DNA of 51,441 nt from assembly GCA_020350365.1 (NCBI GenBank), contig CP070712.1, positions 64,812-116,252 of the forward strand, read 5' to 3'. The stretch's first letter is position 1. Every line of letters begins with the position of its first letter. The notes beneath the pieces were generated by a model, which worked only from the letters and a program-made list of their open reading frames with translations, did not search any database and was not told where the DNA came from. This document shows, piece after piece, positions 8,205 to 17,340 of this stretch. The position numbers and the translations under genes are program-made. The DNA comes from Thermoplasmatales archaeon (GTDB lineage Archaea; Thermoplasmatota; E2; DHVEG-1).

Positions 8205-9794
8205 ATGAAAAATAAAATATTAGAAGTATTGATATTTACGCTTTTGATTTCTGCTACTTTTTTACATGTTGCAGGCCTTGAACTGCAAAAAACAAAGAAT
8301 TCAGCCTTAAGACCTGATATTGAATGGGAGAAGACATACGGTAGTTCCATGGTTGATTGGGGACGCTGCGTTCAACAAACCTCAGATGGAGGTTATATTA
8401 TAACTGGTGCCTATGACAGGAATGTCTATTCGCCCTGGTGGGGGTATATATATTTATTGAAAACTGATTCTGATGGTAATTTTGAGTGGGACCAGAAGTA
8501 TGGGATATATCAGTATGATAACCTTGGTAATTATGTTCAAGAAACCTCTGATGGAGGATACATAGTAGCAGGTCATACTGGTTTTACCTATCATATCGAT
8601 GCTTATATTTTAAAAACCGACCCCCTTGGTAATTATTCTTGGATCCGTGTTCTTGGTGAGTTTGATTATGCTGATGATAGTCTAAGTGTCCAAGAGACAA
8701 GTGACGGTGGATATATAATCTCTGGTTGGACTGGTTCCTATAGCGCGGGAAGCAGTGATGCATGGCTTATAAAGCTTAATTCAGATGGAGAGGATGAGTG
8801 GAACAAGACATTTGGAGGGAGCATGCTTGACACAGGAGACTCTGTCAAAGAGACCCTTGATGGTGGATTTGTAATTTGCGGTAGGACTGATTCCTTTGAT
8901 TCTTTTGGTAACGGGGATGCATGGCTTATAAAGACCGATATGTATGGTAATGAACTTTGGAACAAGTCCTATGGTGGGAATTATCTAGATTACGGTAAAA
9001 GTGTATTGCAAACTTCTGATGGCGGGTACGTCTTTTGCGGTTCGACTTATTCGTTTGGTGCAGGAAACCATGATGCATGGCTTGTAAGAACCGATATGTT
9101 TGGATATGAACTCTGGAACAAGACATTTGGTGGAAGCTTGTGGGACCAGGCAAATAGTGTTGTGGAAACCTCAGATGGTGGTTATTTCTTGACTGGGGAT
9201 TATACCGATCCTGTACAGGGTGATTCTGAAATGTACTTGGTAAAGACTGACTCTGACGGAAATGAAGAGTGGAGCTATATAATTGAACACGAAAGTAGGG
9301 GTGTAACTGATTCTGGTTCCTATGGGATTCAAACAAATGATGGAGGTTTTATTGCAACTGGAGAAACCGGTGAATATAATTTGGCCCTGGTTGATATTTT
9401 GCTTGTAAAATTAGAAGGTTCAAATCAAGCACCAAGTGCGCCAGAAATTAATGGTCCTGTAAACGGGAAGACTGGTGTGTCCTATGAATACGGGTTTGTT
9501 TCAATTGACCCGGATGGTGATGATATAGCTGAATATATCGTTGACTGGGATGACGGGTCTAGAATAGAGATAATTTTTGGTCCTTTTGCATCCGGTGAGG
9601 AGATTGCTTTAAATCATACATGGGCGAAGCAAGGGTCCTATACAATTACAGCAAAAGCAAAAGACATCAATGGTTTAGTTGGCCTAAAAGGAACATTTGA
9701 TGTAAGCATTCCAAGAGGTAGAATGTTTCAAAACATACTATTGTTTAGATTGCTAGGGCGATTTATAGATGCTCTTTTTCTTTATTTTCAATAA
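8205..9794 (+). CDS. Secreted beta-propeller (QTSDGG repeats) + PKD + truncated tail
   Basis: About 7 repeats of VQ[QE]TSDGGYIIxG...DAWLIKTDxxGxExWNKTFGG. ATG 8205 is preferred over TTG 8193. Tail IPRGR...LLGRFIDALFLYFQ. Confidence 0.85.
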   Translation: MKNKILEVLIFTLLISATFLHVAGLELQKTKNSALRPDIEWEKTYGSSMVDWGRCVQQTSDGGYIITGAYDRNVYSPWWGYIYLLKTDSDGNFEWDQKYGIYQYDNLGNYVQETSDGGYIVAGHTGFTYHIDAYILKTDPLGNYSWIRVLGEFDYADDSLSVQETSDGGYIISGWTGSYSAGSSDAWLIKLNSDGEDEWNKTFGGSMLDTGDSVKETLDGGFVICGRTDSFDSFGNGDAWLIKTDMYGNELWNKSYGGNYLDYGKSVLQTSDGGYVFCGSTYSFGAGNHDAWLVRTDMFGYELWNKTFGGSLWDQANSVVETSDGGYFLTGDYTDPVQGDSEMYLVKTDSDGNEEWSYIIEHESRGVTDSGSYGIQTNDGGFIATGETGEYNLALVDILLVKLEGSNQAPSAPEINGPVNGKTGVSYEYGFVSIDPDGDDIAEYIVDWDDGSRIEIIFGPFASGEEIALNHTWAKQGSYTITAKAKDINGLVGLKGTFDVSIPRGRMFQNILLFRLLGRFIDALFLYFQ

Positions 9795-9909
9795 AATTAA
9801 GAAATACCATAAATAACCTATTTTTAGCATTGATATAACATAATCTATTTATTGCATAGATTAACTCATTTTTTAGTTCTATAGATTGATAATGAGGATT
9901 TAAAGAAAA

Positions 9910-9938
9910 TTATAAATATAAAGTAAGACATATCTTAC
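9910..9938 (+). promoter_or_regulatory. TATA box plus palindromic operator of the TA operon
   Basis: TTATAAAT at 9910-9917, followed by the perfect inverted repeat GTAAGA-CATA-TCTTAC at 9923-9938, 12 bp before the antitoxin ATG. Confidence 0.7.
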
Positions 9939-9950
9939 ATTGATTGAATT

Positions 9951-10220
9951 ATGATTGAAGTTGCAATAACAAAACTGAGCTCAAAAGGACAAATTGTAAT
10001 TCCTAGTCACCTAAGAAAGGATTTCAAAATTGGTGAAGAACTATTAATACTAAAAAAGGACAATCAGGTAATTCTACAAAGGATGAAAAATATCGATAAG
10101 AAATTCAAAGAGGAACTGAAATTTGCATTAAGAACTGAAAAGGCACTAACAAAGTACGAAAAAGGGGAGTTTAAACAAAAAAGTGCTAAAGAGTTTTTAG
10201 AAGATCTTGAAAAATGGTAA
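9951..10220 (+). CDS. AbrB/MazE/SpoVT-family antitoxin
   Basis: TKLSSKGQIVIPSHLRK signature. Overlaps the toxin start. Confidence 0.88.
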   Translation: MIEVAITKLSSKGQIVIPSHLRKDFKIGEELLILKKDNQVILQRMKNIDKKFKEELKFALRTEKALTKYEKGEFKQKSAKEFLEDLEKW

Positions 10221-10462
10221 GAGAAGTTGCCTATAGTGATGAGTTCAAAAATAAAGTTAGAAAGCTAGATTCATCTATCAAAATGGAAGTTAAAAAAAAG
10301 ATTGGAAAGATAATAAACAAACCTGATATCGGAAAACCAATGAGATATAGTAGGAAGGGTACAAGAGAATTATATATTTCTTCATTTAGACTATCTTACA
10401 AATATGACAAAACAAATGATATTGTAATTCTTCTGGATTTTTATCATAAAGATGAGCAATGA
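10214..10462 (+). CDS. RelE/ParE-family toxin
   Basis: 82 aa, basic, with YSDEFKNKVRKLD, GKPMRY..KGTRELYISSFRLSY and C-terminal HKD. Confidence 0.85.
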   Translation: MVREVAYSDEFKNKVRKLDSSIKMEVKKKIGKIINKPDIGKPMRYSRKGTRELYISSFRLSYKYDKTNDIVILLDFYHKDEQ

Positions 10463-10534
10463 TTATCTATTAGCATACTTTCTTTTCTTTATTTTCAATA
10501 CAATTAAAATAAACTAGTTTATTTCTGATTTATT

Positions 10535-11731
10535 ATGACAGTTTATTCTCACTCCAGACTTTCTTGCTTTGAGCAGTGTCCTTACAAATATAAACTATCT
10601 TATATTGATAAGGTTGAAACTGAAATTCCTGAAAGCATTGAAGCTTTTCTTGGAAATCGTGTTCATGAGGTCTTACAAAAGCTGTATGAGGATTTAAAAT
10701 TCCAAAAACAAAATTCTCATGAGGACCTTAAAAAATATTTACATGAGATTTGGGAGAAGAACTGGGATGATTCAATTGTAATTGTTAAAAAAGAGTACAC
10801 AAAAGATAATTATCTAAAAATGGCTGAGAAGTTTATTGCTGATTATTATAATCGTTATCATCCATTTGACCAAGGAAGAACTATTGTCCTTGAAGATAGA
10901 ATTCTAATTACTCTAGATTCTGAAGGTGATTACAAGCTTCAAGGTTATATTGATAGACTTGTGGAAAGCTGTGACGGTTTTTATGAGATACATGATTATA
11001 AGACAAATGCTCGATTGCCATTACCTTCGGAAATTAAGTCTGACCGTCAGCTTGCTCTTTACATGATTGGTGTGAAGAGCAATTATCCTGACGTTAAAGG
11101 TGTTAAGCTTATTTGGCATTTTCTCGCATTTGACAAGGAGATTGATTCAACTAGGTCTGATGATGAGCTTGAAGCTTTAAAAAAAGAAACGATCGCACTC
11201 ATTGACAAGATTGAAAGTGAGGAGAAGTTTGTTGCAAAAACATCTTTTCTTTGTGATTGGTGTGAATACAAGCCGGTATGCAAGCAGTGGGTGCATCTTT
11301 ATAAAATTAAAGAAATGCCTGAGAGCAAGTACTTGAGTGAACCTGGTGTAAAGCTTGTTAATCGTTATGCTGAACTTAAAGAAAAGAAGAAGAAGTTTGT
11401 TGATGAGGTTGAGAGTGAGCTTGAAGAAATAGAAAAAGCTCTTTTTTCGTTTGCTGAAAAGGAAAAAGTTGATGTTGTTTTTGGTAATGAAAATAAAGTA
11501 AGGATTAAAGAAACTGAAACAGTTAAGTTTCCTTCGAAAAGTTCAAAAGAAAGAGAAAAATTGGAAAAGCTGCTGAAGGAAAATGGTATTTGGAAGGAAG
11601 TTGATCAGTTGGATACTGCAGCACTTAACAAACTTTTAAATGAAAATATAATTGATAAAGAGTTGGTTGGGGAGATTAATAAATTTATCAAGTTGGAGAA
11701 AAGTAAGAGAGTTTATTTGAGTAAGATTTAG
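10535..11731 (+). CDS. PD-(D/E)xK nuclease, Cas4/AddB-like, with Fe-S staple and coiled-coil C-terminus
   Basis: SHSRL..FEQCPYKY, GNRVH, GYIDRL, HDYKT, QLALY, CDWCEYKPVC. Confidence 0.85.
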   Translation: MTVYSHSRLSCFEQCPYKYKLSYIDKVETEIPESIEAFLGNRVHEVLQKLYEDLKFQKQNSHEDLKKYLHEIWEKNWDDSIVIVKKEYTKDNYLKMAEKFIADYYNRYHPFDQGRTIVLEDRILITLDSEGDYKLQGYIDRLVESCDGFYEIHDYKTNARLPLPSEIKSDRQLALYMIGVKSNYPDVKGVKLIWHFLAFDKEIDSTRSDDELEALKKETIALIDKIESEEKFVAKTSFLCDWCEYKPVCKQWVHLYKIKEMPESKYLSEPGVKLVNRYAELKEKKKKFVDEVESELEEIEKALFSFAEKEKVDVVFGNENKVRIKETETVKFPSKSSKEREKLEKLLKENGIWKEVDQLDTAALNKLLNENIIDKELVGEINKFIKLEKSKRVYLSKI

Positions 11732-11823
11732 AGATCATCTCTTACAGGTTATTATTCGTATATTTAAAGAGAAGGAATAAGTTATTATATCAATTTTTGG
11801 GAAATGTATTAAAGAAATTGTTA

Positions 11824-11842
11824 TCGAATCCCGCCAGGTCCG
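11824..11842 (+). other. tRNA 3'-end fragment (positions 55-73, tRNA-Arg-like), candidate att site
   Basis: TCGAAT-CCCGC-CAGGTCC-G matches the T-loop, T-stem 3' strand, acceptor 3' strand and discriminator, and is followed by a T tract. No 5' half of a tRNA lies upstream. Confidence 0.55.
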
Positions 11843-11876
11843 TACTTTTTTCTTGCTAGATCCGTCAAAAAACCTG

Positions 11877-13073
11877 CTAGTTATTGAGAATTATATATCG
11901 TAGAACTGGAAAATCATTTGGAAAGCATTCTAATAAAAATTTTAATAAATTAAAATCGAAATTAAATATTTTGTATCTTGGTATATTAACAGTTAATGGA
12001 TCAGACCATGGGCTCTCCCATCCATCTACATCTTTGGCTTTAACCCTAATATTATAACTACCCTTTTCTTTCCAAGTATGCTTTGCTTCACATATCTCAT
12101 TAGAATTGTATCTTCCCATCCAATCTGAAAATGTACCATCACCCCAGTCCCATTTGTAATATATTGGATCTAAAGGAGCTGTTGTCTTAGTTGTAAAATT
12201 ATATTCCATATTCGGAACACCAGTGCTAGGTCCTACTGGTTTATGGGGTTTACTTGGAGATAAACGAATAAACATTATTCCTCTGACAGAATTGTTATCA
12301 TAAATACCAATTGGTTCATCATATTCATAAAAACCATCATCAACTCCATTCCATCCCATATTCAAATGAACTTCAAAGTCCTGTCCCCATTGATAACCAT
12401 CAATTACCACAGCATGGCCTGAGGTTCCCTCTATATTTTCCAAATATAACATACATGGACGATGATGATCTATTTCATCAATTATATCTGCAATTGGCGG
12501 ATTGTCAACAAACTCAGTCTGTACAGAAATATACTGAAAATGATCGATAAGTTCAGCCACCATCTCTGTTGCGTTTAACATATAATTATTATGACCAAAG
12601 TTTTTTTGGATTACAGTTGCAGTATCATATAGAAGTTGCGATGTATTATCAATTTCTTCTGGTGAAGAACTTGCATTAAGTTTATCTGGCATATAATCAA
12701 AATCATATGTAAATGCATCTAAATCATTCACACATGGAATATAATCACCCTCTTGGTTTTGATAAAGGTATTCTACAAGTCCATGAGACTGGAGTTCATG
12801 AAATCTCATAATTTGTCCAATAGCAACAGACCAACATCCTAAACGATAATGATTACCAGTTGAATCAGTAGGAGTCTTTACATTATATGGATCATGTTGA
12901 CCCCATTGAGTTGTAAGCAACCAAGTGCTAGGAATAAGGCTTGTAGAAAATGAATTACATTCTCTTTCTGCTTGAGAAAAGCTATCTCGAGTTGAAGTAT
13001 TCATTCCCATTACAGGTATTGTCGTTACTATCAATACCATACAAATTAACGTAATAAGCATTTTTCTAATCAT
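11877..13073 (-). CDS. Secreted peptidase C10 (streptopain/interpain-like) + PKD + conserved tail
   Basis: QWGQHDPYN, GCWSVAIGQIM (catalytic Cys), GHAVVIDGY (His), HLNMGWNG. ATG at 13073 follows GGAGG. Tail IPRYK...ECFPNDFPVLRYIILNN. Confidence 0.88.
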   Translation of the reverse strand: MIRKMLITLICMVLIVTTIPVMGMNTSTRDSFSQAERECNSFSTSLIPSTWLLTTQWGQHDPYNVKTPTDSTGNHYRLGCWSVAIGQIMRFHELQSHGLVEYLYQNQEGDYIPCVNDLDAFTYDFDYMPDKLNASSSPEEIDNTSQLLYDTATVIQKNFGHNNYMLNATEMVAELIDHFQYISVQTEFVDNPPIADIIDEIDHHRPCMLYLENIEGTSGHAVVIDGYQWGQDFEVHLNMGWNGVDDGFYEYDEPIGIYDNNSVRGIMFIRLSPSKPHKPVGPSTGVPNMEYNFTTKTTAPLDPIYYKWDWGDGTFSDWMGRYNSNEICEAKHTWKEKGSYNIRVKAKDVDGWESPWSDPLTVNIPRYKIFNFDFNLLKFLLECFPNDFPVLRYIILNN

Positions 13074-13178
13074 ATTTTTTCCTCCCTTCAATATAGATTT
13101 ATTATACTTTTATTGTTAATAAATATATTCCTCAGAAATTATTAAAATATAATTGCTAATTATTGAGCCCAAGATTGT

Positions 13179-13850
13179 TTACAAACTACTTTTTTCCTTC
13201 ACTCCAACAAACCCATCCTTACCAATAATCACATGATCCAAAACCTTGATTCCCAGAATTTCCCCAGCATCACAAAGCATCTTTGTAACTTCCTCATCTT
13301 CCTTACTTGGCAAACAATCCCCACTAGGATGATTATGAACGATAACAACAGAACTTGCACTAGCTTTTATCGCTGAACAAAAAACCTCACGAGGATGAAT
13401 AATTGAGGAATTCAGAGTACCAACTGATACCACCTCCTCCCCAATAATCCTGTTCTTTGTATCAAGAAACAAAGCAATAAAATGCTCTTTATTTTTAGTA
13501 GAAAGCGCGTCCTTAAAATAATTATAAACATCCTCTGCACTTTTTATTTTAACCTTAAAACCTTTACTTTCTAGCTTGCTTGTTCTTTTAAAAATCTCAA
13601 ACATAGCAACAACCTTCATAGCAGGAACCTGATCTTTGAACTCAGCCTTTAGTTCATGAAAAGAAAGACCAGCAAGCCTATCAAAATTAAACGATTTCAA
13701 GATTCTATTTGAAAGATCAACTGCATTTTCAGATCTGTTGCCTCTTCCAATTACAATTGCAAAAAGCTCGCCATCAGAAAGTGCTTCAGGTCCTTTCTTT
13801 TTTAATCTTACACCAGGTCTATTGTACCAAGGGATATCTTTTATTCTCAT
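13179..13850 (-). CDS. radC: RadC-family JAB-domain protein
   Basis: GPEALSDGEL, KEHF, GTLNSSIIHPREVF, HNHPSGD, VLDHVIIG. Confidence 0.92.
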   Translation of the reverse strand: MRIKDIPWYNRPGVRLKKKGPEALSDGELFAIVIGRGNRSENAVDLSNRILKSFNFDRLAGLSFHELKAEFKDQVPAMKVVAMFEIFKRTSKLESKGFKVKIKSAEDVYNYFKDALSTKNKEHFIALFLDTKNRIIGEEVVSVGTLNSSIIHPREVFCSAIKASASSVVIVHNHPSGDCLPSKEDEEVTKMLCDAGEILGIKVLDHVIIGKDGFVGVKEKSSL

Positions 13851-14066
13851 AAGAAATGGATTAGACTTGGTAGATTAATAGATAATGTAATAATTTGTAA
13901 CAAAATAAGAAAAGATTTGCAATACTAGTTTTTATAAATATTATCATGATGATCAAGGTCAAAGAAATAAATTGAATCATTACTGCACAAATACATAGCA
14001 AGATTTTAAACATAATCAAAAGAATTTGGTTAAATTAAGATTAATAGAAATTAGAAGTATAAAAAT

Positions 14067-14113
14067 TTGAACTAAATAAATTTTTTATCTATAATCTTTT
14101 CAACTTCGTTCAA
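14067..14113 (+). promoter_or_regulatory. TTGAAC-N35-GTTCAA operator (copy 1)
   Basis: TTGAAC at 14067-72 and GTTCAA at 14108-13; the site ends 64 bp before ATG 14177. Confidence 0.55.
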
Positions 14114-14176
14114 TTTATTTTTAGTAACTATTAAGAAATTTTAAATTCTTCATTTTATTAATAAAGGAGGAAGAAT

Positions 14177-14668
14177 ATGAAAAGAAAAATATTGGTTATA
14201 ATGATTTGTATATTTTTTATTACCACAGCAGCCTCTGTTTCAACAATAGCAATTAAATGTGAAAGAAAACCTGTTGCACATACTACTAAGGAAAATTCAC
14301 CACCTGATATCCCAACAGTTGAGATTCCTGAAAATGTGGCAAGAGGTCATTGGATTTATATAAATACAGTTACTACTGATCCTGATAATGATAATGTCTA
14401 TTATAAATATGACATCGATGGGCATGATTATGGATGGGTAGGTCCTTTTGAATCTGGTAAGGAACATATTGAAAAGATTATTGTCATAGTTCCTGTCGGA
14501 ACCTATACTTTAGGTGTTCAAGCAAAAGACACATATGGAGCAGAAAGTGAATGGACTTATGCTCTTTTTAATGTAATTAAACCAAGATCAGTTTCATCAC
14601 CTTTTATCAATTTCTTACAAAGTCATCCAAACCTGTTCCCAATGTTAAGATACATTCTAGGACTTTAA
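14177..14668 (+). CDS. Minimal secreted protein: signal peptide + single PKD-like domain + conserved tail
   Basis: GGAGG RBS, TDPDNDNVYY...GWVGPF..G...VQAKDTYGAESEW. Tail KPRS...SHPNLFPMLRYILGL. Confidence 0.85.
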   Translation: MKRKILVIMICIFFITTAASVSTIAIKCERKPVAHTTKENSPPDIPTVEIPENVARGHWIYINTVTTDPDNDNVYYKYDIDGHDYGWVGPFESGKEHIEKIIVIVPVGTYTLGVQAKDTYGAESEWTYALFNVIKPRSVSSPFINFLQSHPNLFPMLRYILGL

Positions 14669-14726
14669 TTTGTCCTAATCTTTTTTTTTTATTCTAAAAT
14701 GAATTTTTTGATTATATATTGCTCAA

Positions 14727-15911
14727 TTATTCAATATTTACCCCATCAATAATAATGCTTGCTCCAGGATCAGCTGACGTCTCACCTGCAAAACTAGTGT
14801 TAAATAGCATGATAGTTGAATTATCAAGAGCAACCAATGAATCCTCAACAACAGAATCATGTATTTCAACAATTGCATCATTTGCAGCTGACATATAGAA
14901 AATAAAGGAGTCATAAACAAAGAACTTTGCTCTGTTATATGCCCAGGGGTCCATCATAAAACAGTCTCTTACAGTCAGTTCAAAATCACCTGTAACAATT
15001 GGCCACCACCCATCAACATAGGTATTTATTAAACGAAGGGATGCGTTGTTTGCCTGAAATATGAAATCATCATATGACATGTTCTTAAGACCAACAATTT
15101 CAGCGGATATGCCAACAGAATGTTTCTGTCCAAAGCCGTCACCAAATATCCATCCAAGCTCAAGAGGGTCAGTGTTTCTAACAATTACGTCCACACCAGC
15201 CCAGATATCAATATCAAGATTTGTAATTGTTGAGTTAAAGACATCAACTGAACCTTCAAAATAATCTGGATACCACTCTTCAACAAATCCGTTTGGAAAC
15301 TCAAATTCATAATCGATTTCAGGCTTTAGATCGATTTCAAAATAAACAGAGTTTGAATCTCTAATGATTAACGAACCTCTGAACGCATCATCTATCTCAT
15401 CGGAATTTGCAAAGATTGTAATTCCCGCAGCAGCTCGAATTAACTCTGCATCAACGTTCTGCTCGACTGTTTGCCAGGGTGAATTTTCATTTTCAAAATC
15501 AACAATTCTAATTATTGCATTGTCAAAATATTCAAAATTATACCATCGCCAATCAATGCTTTGATAATAGCAATTATCAATATGCAGGGTTGCATTGTTT
15601 TTAACAACAAGTGCGTATTGCTTGTTGTATTCTATATCAATTGTAATTCTTGAGTTGATTATTTCCAGTTTCGAATTGTCCAAAACCTCTATGTTTCCAC
15701 GGACAATGAGTTCTTTGTCCTCATATATTTGCTCTTGATTTCCAGACAGAATTAGACCATCTAAAATTACTTGCTCAAGTTGCGTATCTTCAGTAATTAT
15801 TGGTTTTTGATTTAACTGATAATCATCATCATTAACTTGATCTTGAACGCATCCAGTTAATAAGATCAAAATGATTGTAATAATATAAAATTTTAAATTA
15901 ATCCTTATCAT
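14727..15911 (-). CDS. Lipoprotein with predicted beta-helix/solenoid
   Basis: Lipobox LTGC after a hydrophobic stretch, followed by repetitive acidic beta-strand patterns. Confidence 0.75.
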   Translation of the reverse strand: MIRINLKFYIITIILILLTGCVQDQVNDDDYQLNQKPIITEDTQLEQVILDGLILSGNQEQIYEDKELIVRGNIEVLDNSKLEIINSRITIDIEYNKQYALVVKNNATLHIDNCYYQSIDWRWYNFEYFDNAIIRIVDFENENSPWQTVEQNVDAELIRAAAGITIFANSDEIDDAFRGSLIIRDSNSVYFEIDLKPEIDYEFEFPNGFVEEWYPDYFEGSVDVFNSTITNLDIDIWAGVDVIVRNTDPLELGWIFGDGFGQKHSVGISAEIVGLKNMSYDDFIFQANNASLRLINTYVDGWWPIVTGDFELTVRDCFMMDPWAYNRAKFFVYDSFIFYMSAANDAIVEIHDSVVEDSLVALDNSTIMLFNTSFAGETSADPGASIIIDGVNIE

Positions 15912-16033
15912 GGCAATCCCAATCCAAATTAAGTAACAAATAATTATTTTAAAAAACTTGCTAGGATTTTACATATATAGCAAGCAACTAATTTTATTAA
16001 TAGCTATTGCTTTTCAACCAATTGGAGATGGGA

Positions 16034-17308
16034 ATGAAAGAAAGATACGTGTCAATTCTAACTCTTTTTATTATTTCATTATTGGTTTTATGTGGTTGTA
16101 CAACAAATGAAACAAATAAAAATGAAGCGGAAAAAGAAAATGAAACAGTATCTGATGAATGCGGAAATGATGTCGGAAATGGTTTTGAGATAATAACTGG
16201 TCCTGATATTGATGCATTCGAGGGAGATGTTGATAATCCTTTTAGAAGTTTATCAGTTCATCCGACAGATCCAGATACAATTCTTGTTGGAACAGAGGGT
16301 AATGGTTTTTTAAAATCAACAGATGGTGGAAACTCTTGGGAACGCTTGAGGCTTGGTCTAAGACATAGTGAACTTGGCTATCCTGAGATATATGATATCT
16401 CCTGGTCTCAGAGTAATCCTGAAATTATATATGCAGCAACAACAAATGGTCCTGGACCTGTTACAGGATCAATTGGTTCGGATGCAGGAATCTATAAAAG
16501 CACTGACGGTGGACAGACATGGGTGCGAAAGAATTGTAACATTCCATGTTCTGCTATTCTTAGTGTTTATGTCGATTCCATCGATGAAGACCATGTTTTT
16601 GTTGGAGTTGAAGATGGCAAGTCGACTAGAACCGGAACATATTTTTCTGGTGGAATGTACGAAACAACTGATGGTGGTGAGAGATGGGAGCTTGTTGAGC
16701 TTGGGCCTTTAGACTATCAAAACACATATGTTTTGTTCAGATGTTCAAAGGATGAAGGCACTCTAATTACTTATGGCCTGGATAGTAGGTATGATAAATA
16801 CAGCACTGATGATATCGGATTTCTAAAGAGCAATGATAGTGGATTTATTTGGGAGGAATTTGCACCTGAACTTAAAAGCATTGGAGTATCCTTTTTTGAT
16901 ATCTCAAGTGATGGAAGTAAAATTTATGTGGTAGCTGAAGGAGTGTTTTATATTTCAACTGACGCAGGAGTAAGTTGGACCAACAAGGACATGCATACCG
17001 GAGCTTTATATTTTGTATCAGTATCTCCTGCTGATAAAAATAGGGTCTTATTTGGAAAAGATGCTGATCTTTATTTGTCAAAGGATGGATTAGATACTTT
17101 TGAAAAGGTAATTGAAATTGAAAGAACAGGTAGCATTCATTTTGCAGATATTGTTTTTGCACCTAGCAGTCCTAATATTGTATATGCAATAACAACTGGA
17201 GATTATCCTTCAACACCCGGCTATAATCTTTACCGGAGCAATAATTCAGGTGACAGTTTTACAAAAATAGTTAATCTTAGAACTGATGTATTGAACGTCA
17301 TTCCATAA
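16034..17308 (+). CDS. Lipoprotein with BNR/Asp-box beta-propeller
   Basis: Lipobox LCGC and repeated KSTDGGxxW Asp-boxes. Start moved to ATG 16034. Confidence 0.82.
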   Translation: MKERYVSILTLFIISLLVLCGCTTNETNKNEAEKENETVSDECGNDVGNGFEIITGPDIDAFEGDVDNPFRSLSVHPTDPDTILVGTEGNGFLKSTDGGNSWERLRLGLRHSELGYPEIYDISWSQSNPEIIYAATTNGPGPVTGSIGSDAGIYKSTDGGQTWVRKNCNIPCSAILSVYVDSIDEDHVFVGVEDGKSTRTGTYFSGGMYETTDGGERWELVELGPLDYQNTYVLFRCSKDEGTLITYGLDSRYDKYSTDDIGFLKSNDSGFIWEEFAPELKSIGVSFFDISSDGSKIYVVAEGVFYISTDAGVSWTNKDMHTGALYFVSVSPADKNRVLFGKDADLYLSKDGLDTFEKVIEIERTGSIHFADIVFAPSSPNIVYAITTGDYPSTPGYNLYRSNNSGDSFTKIVNLRTDVLNVIP

Positions 17309-17340
17309 TTTAAAATAATAATTATATTATTTCTGGAACC

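Larger units (their letters stand above)
9776..10507. repeat. 25-bp direct repeats flanking the toxin-antitoxin module
   Basis: TTTTCTTTATTTTCAATA[A/C]AATTAA at 9776-9800 and 10483-10507, with 1 mismatch. Confidence 0.55.

Noticed and set aside
11760..11850. Intact tRNA gene
   Set aside because: Only 19 nt of the 3' end match. The upstream sequence is AT-rich, with no D-arm, anticodon arm or GGACCTG 5' strand.
10535..11880. CRISPR-Cas locus suggested by the Cas4-like nuclease
   Set aside because: No repeat-spacer array or other cas genes are visible in the window.
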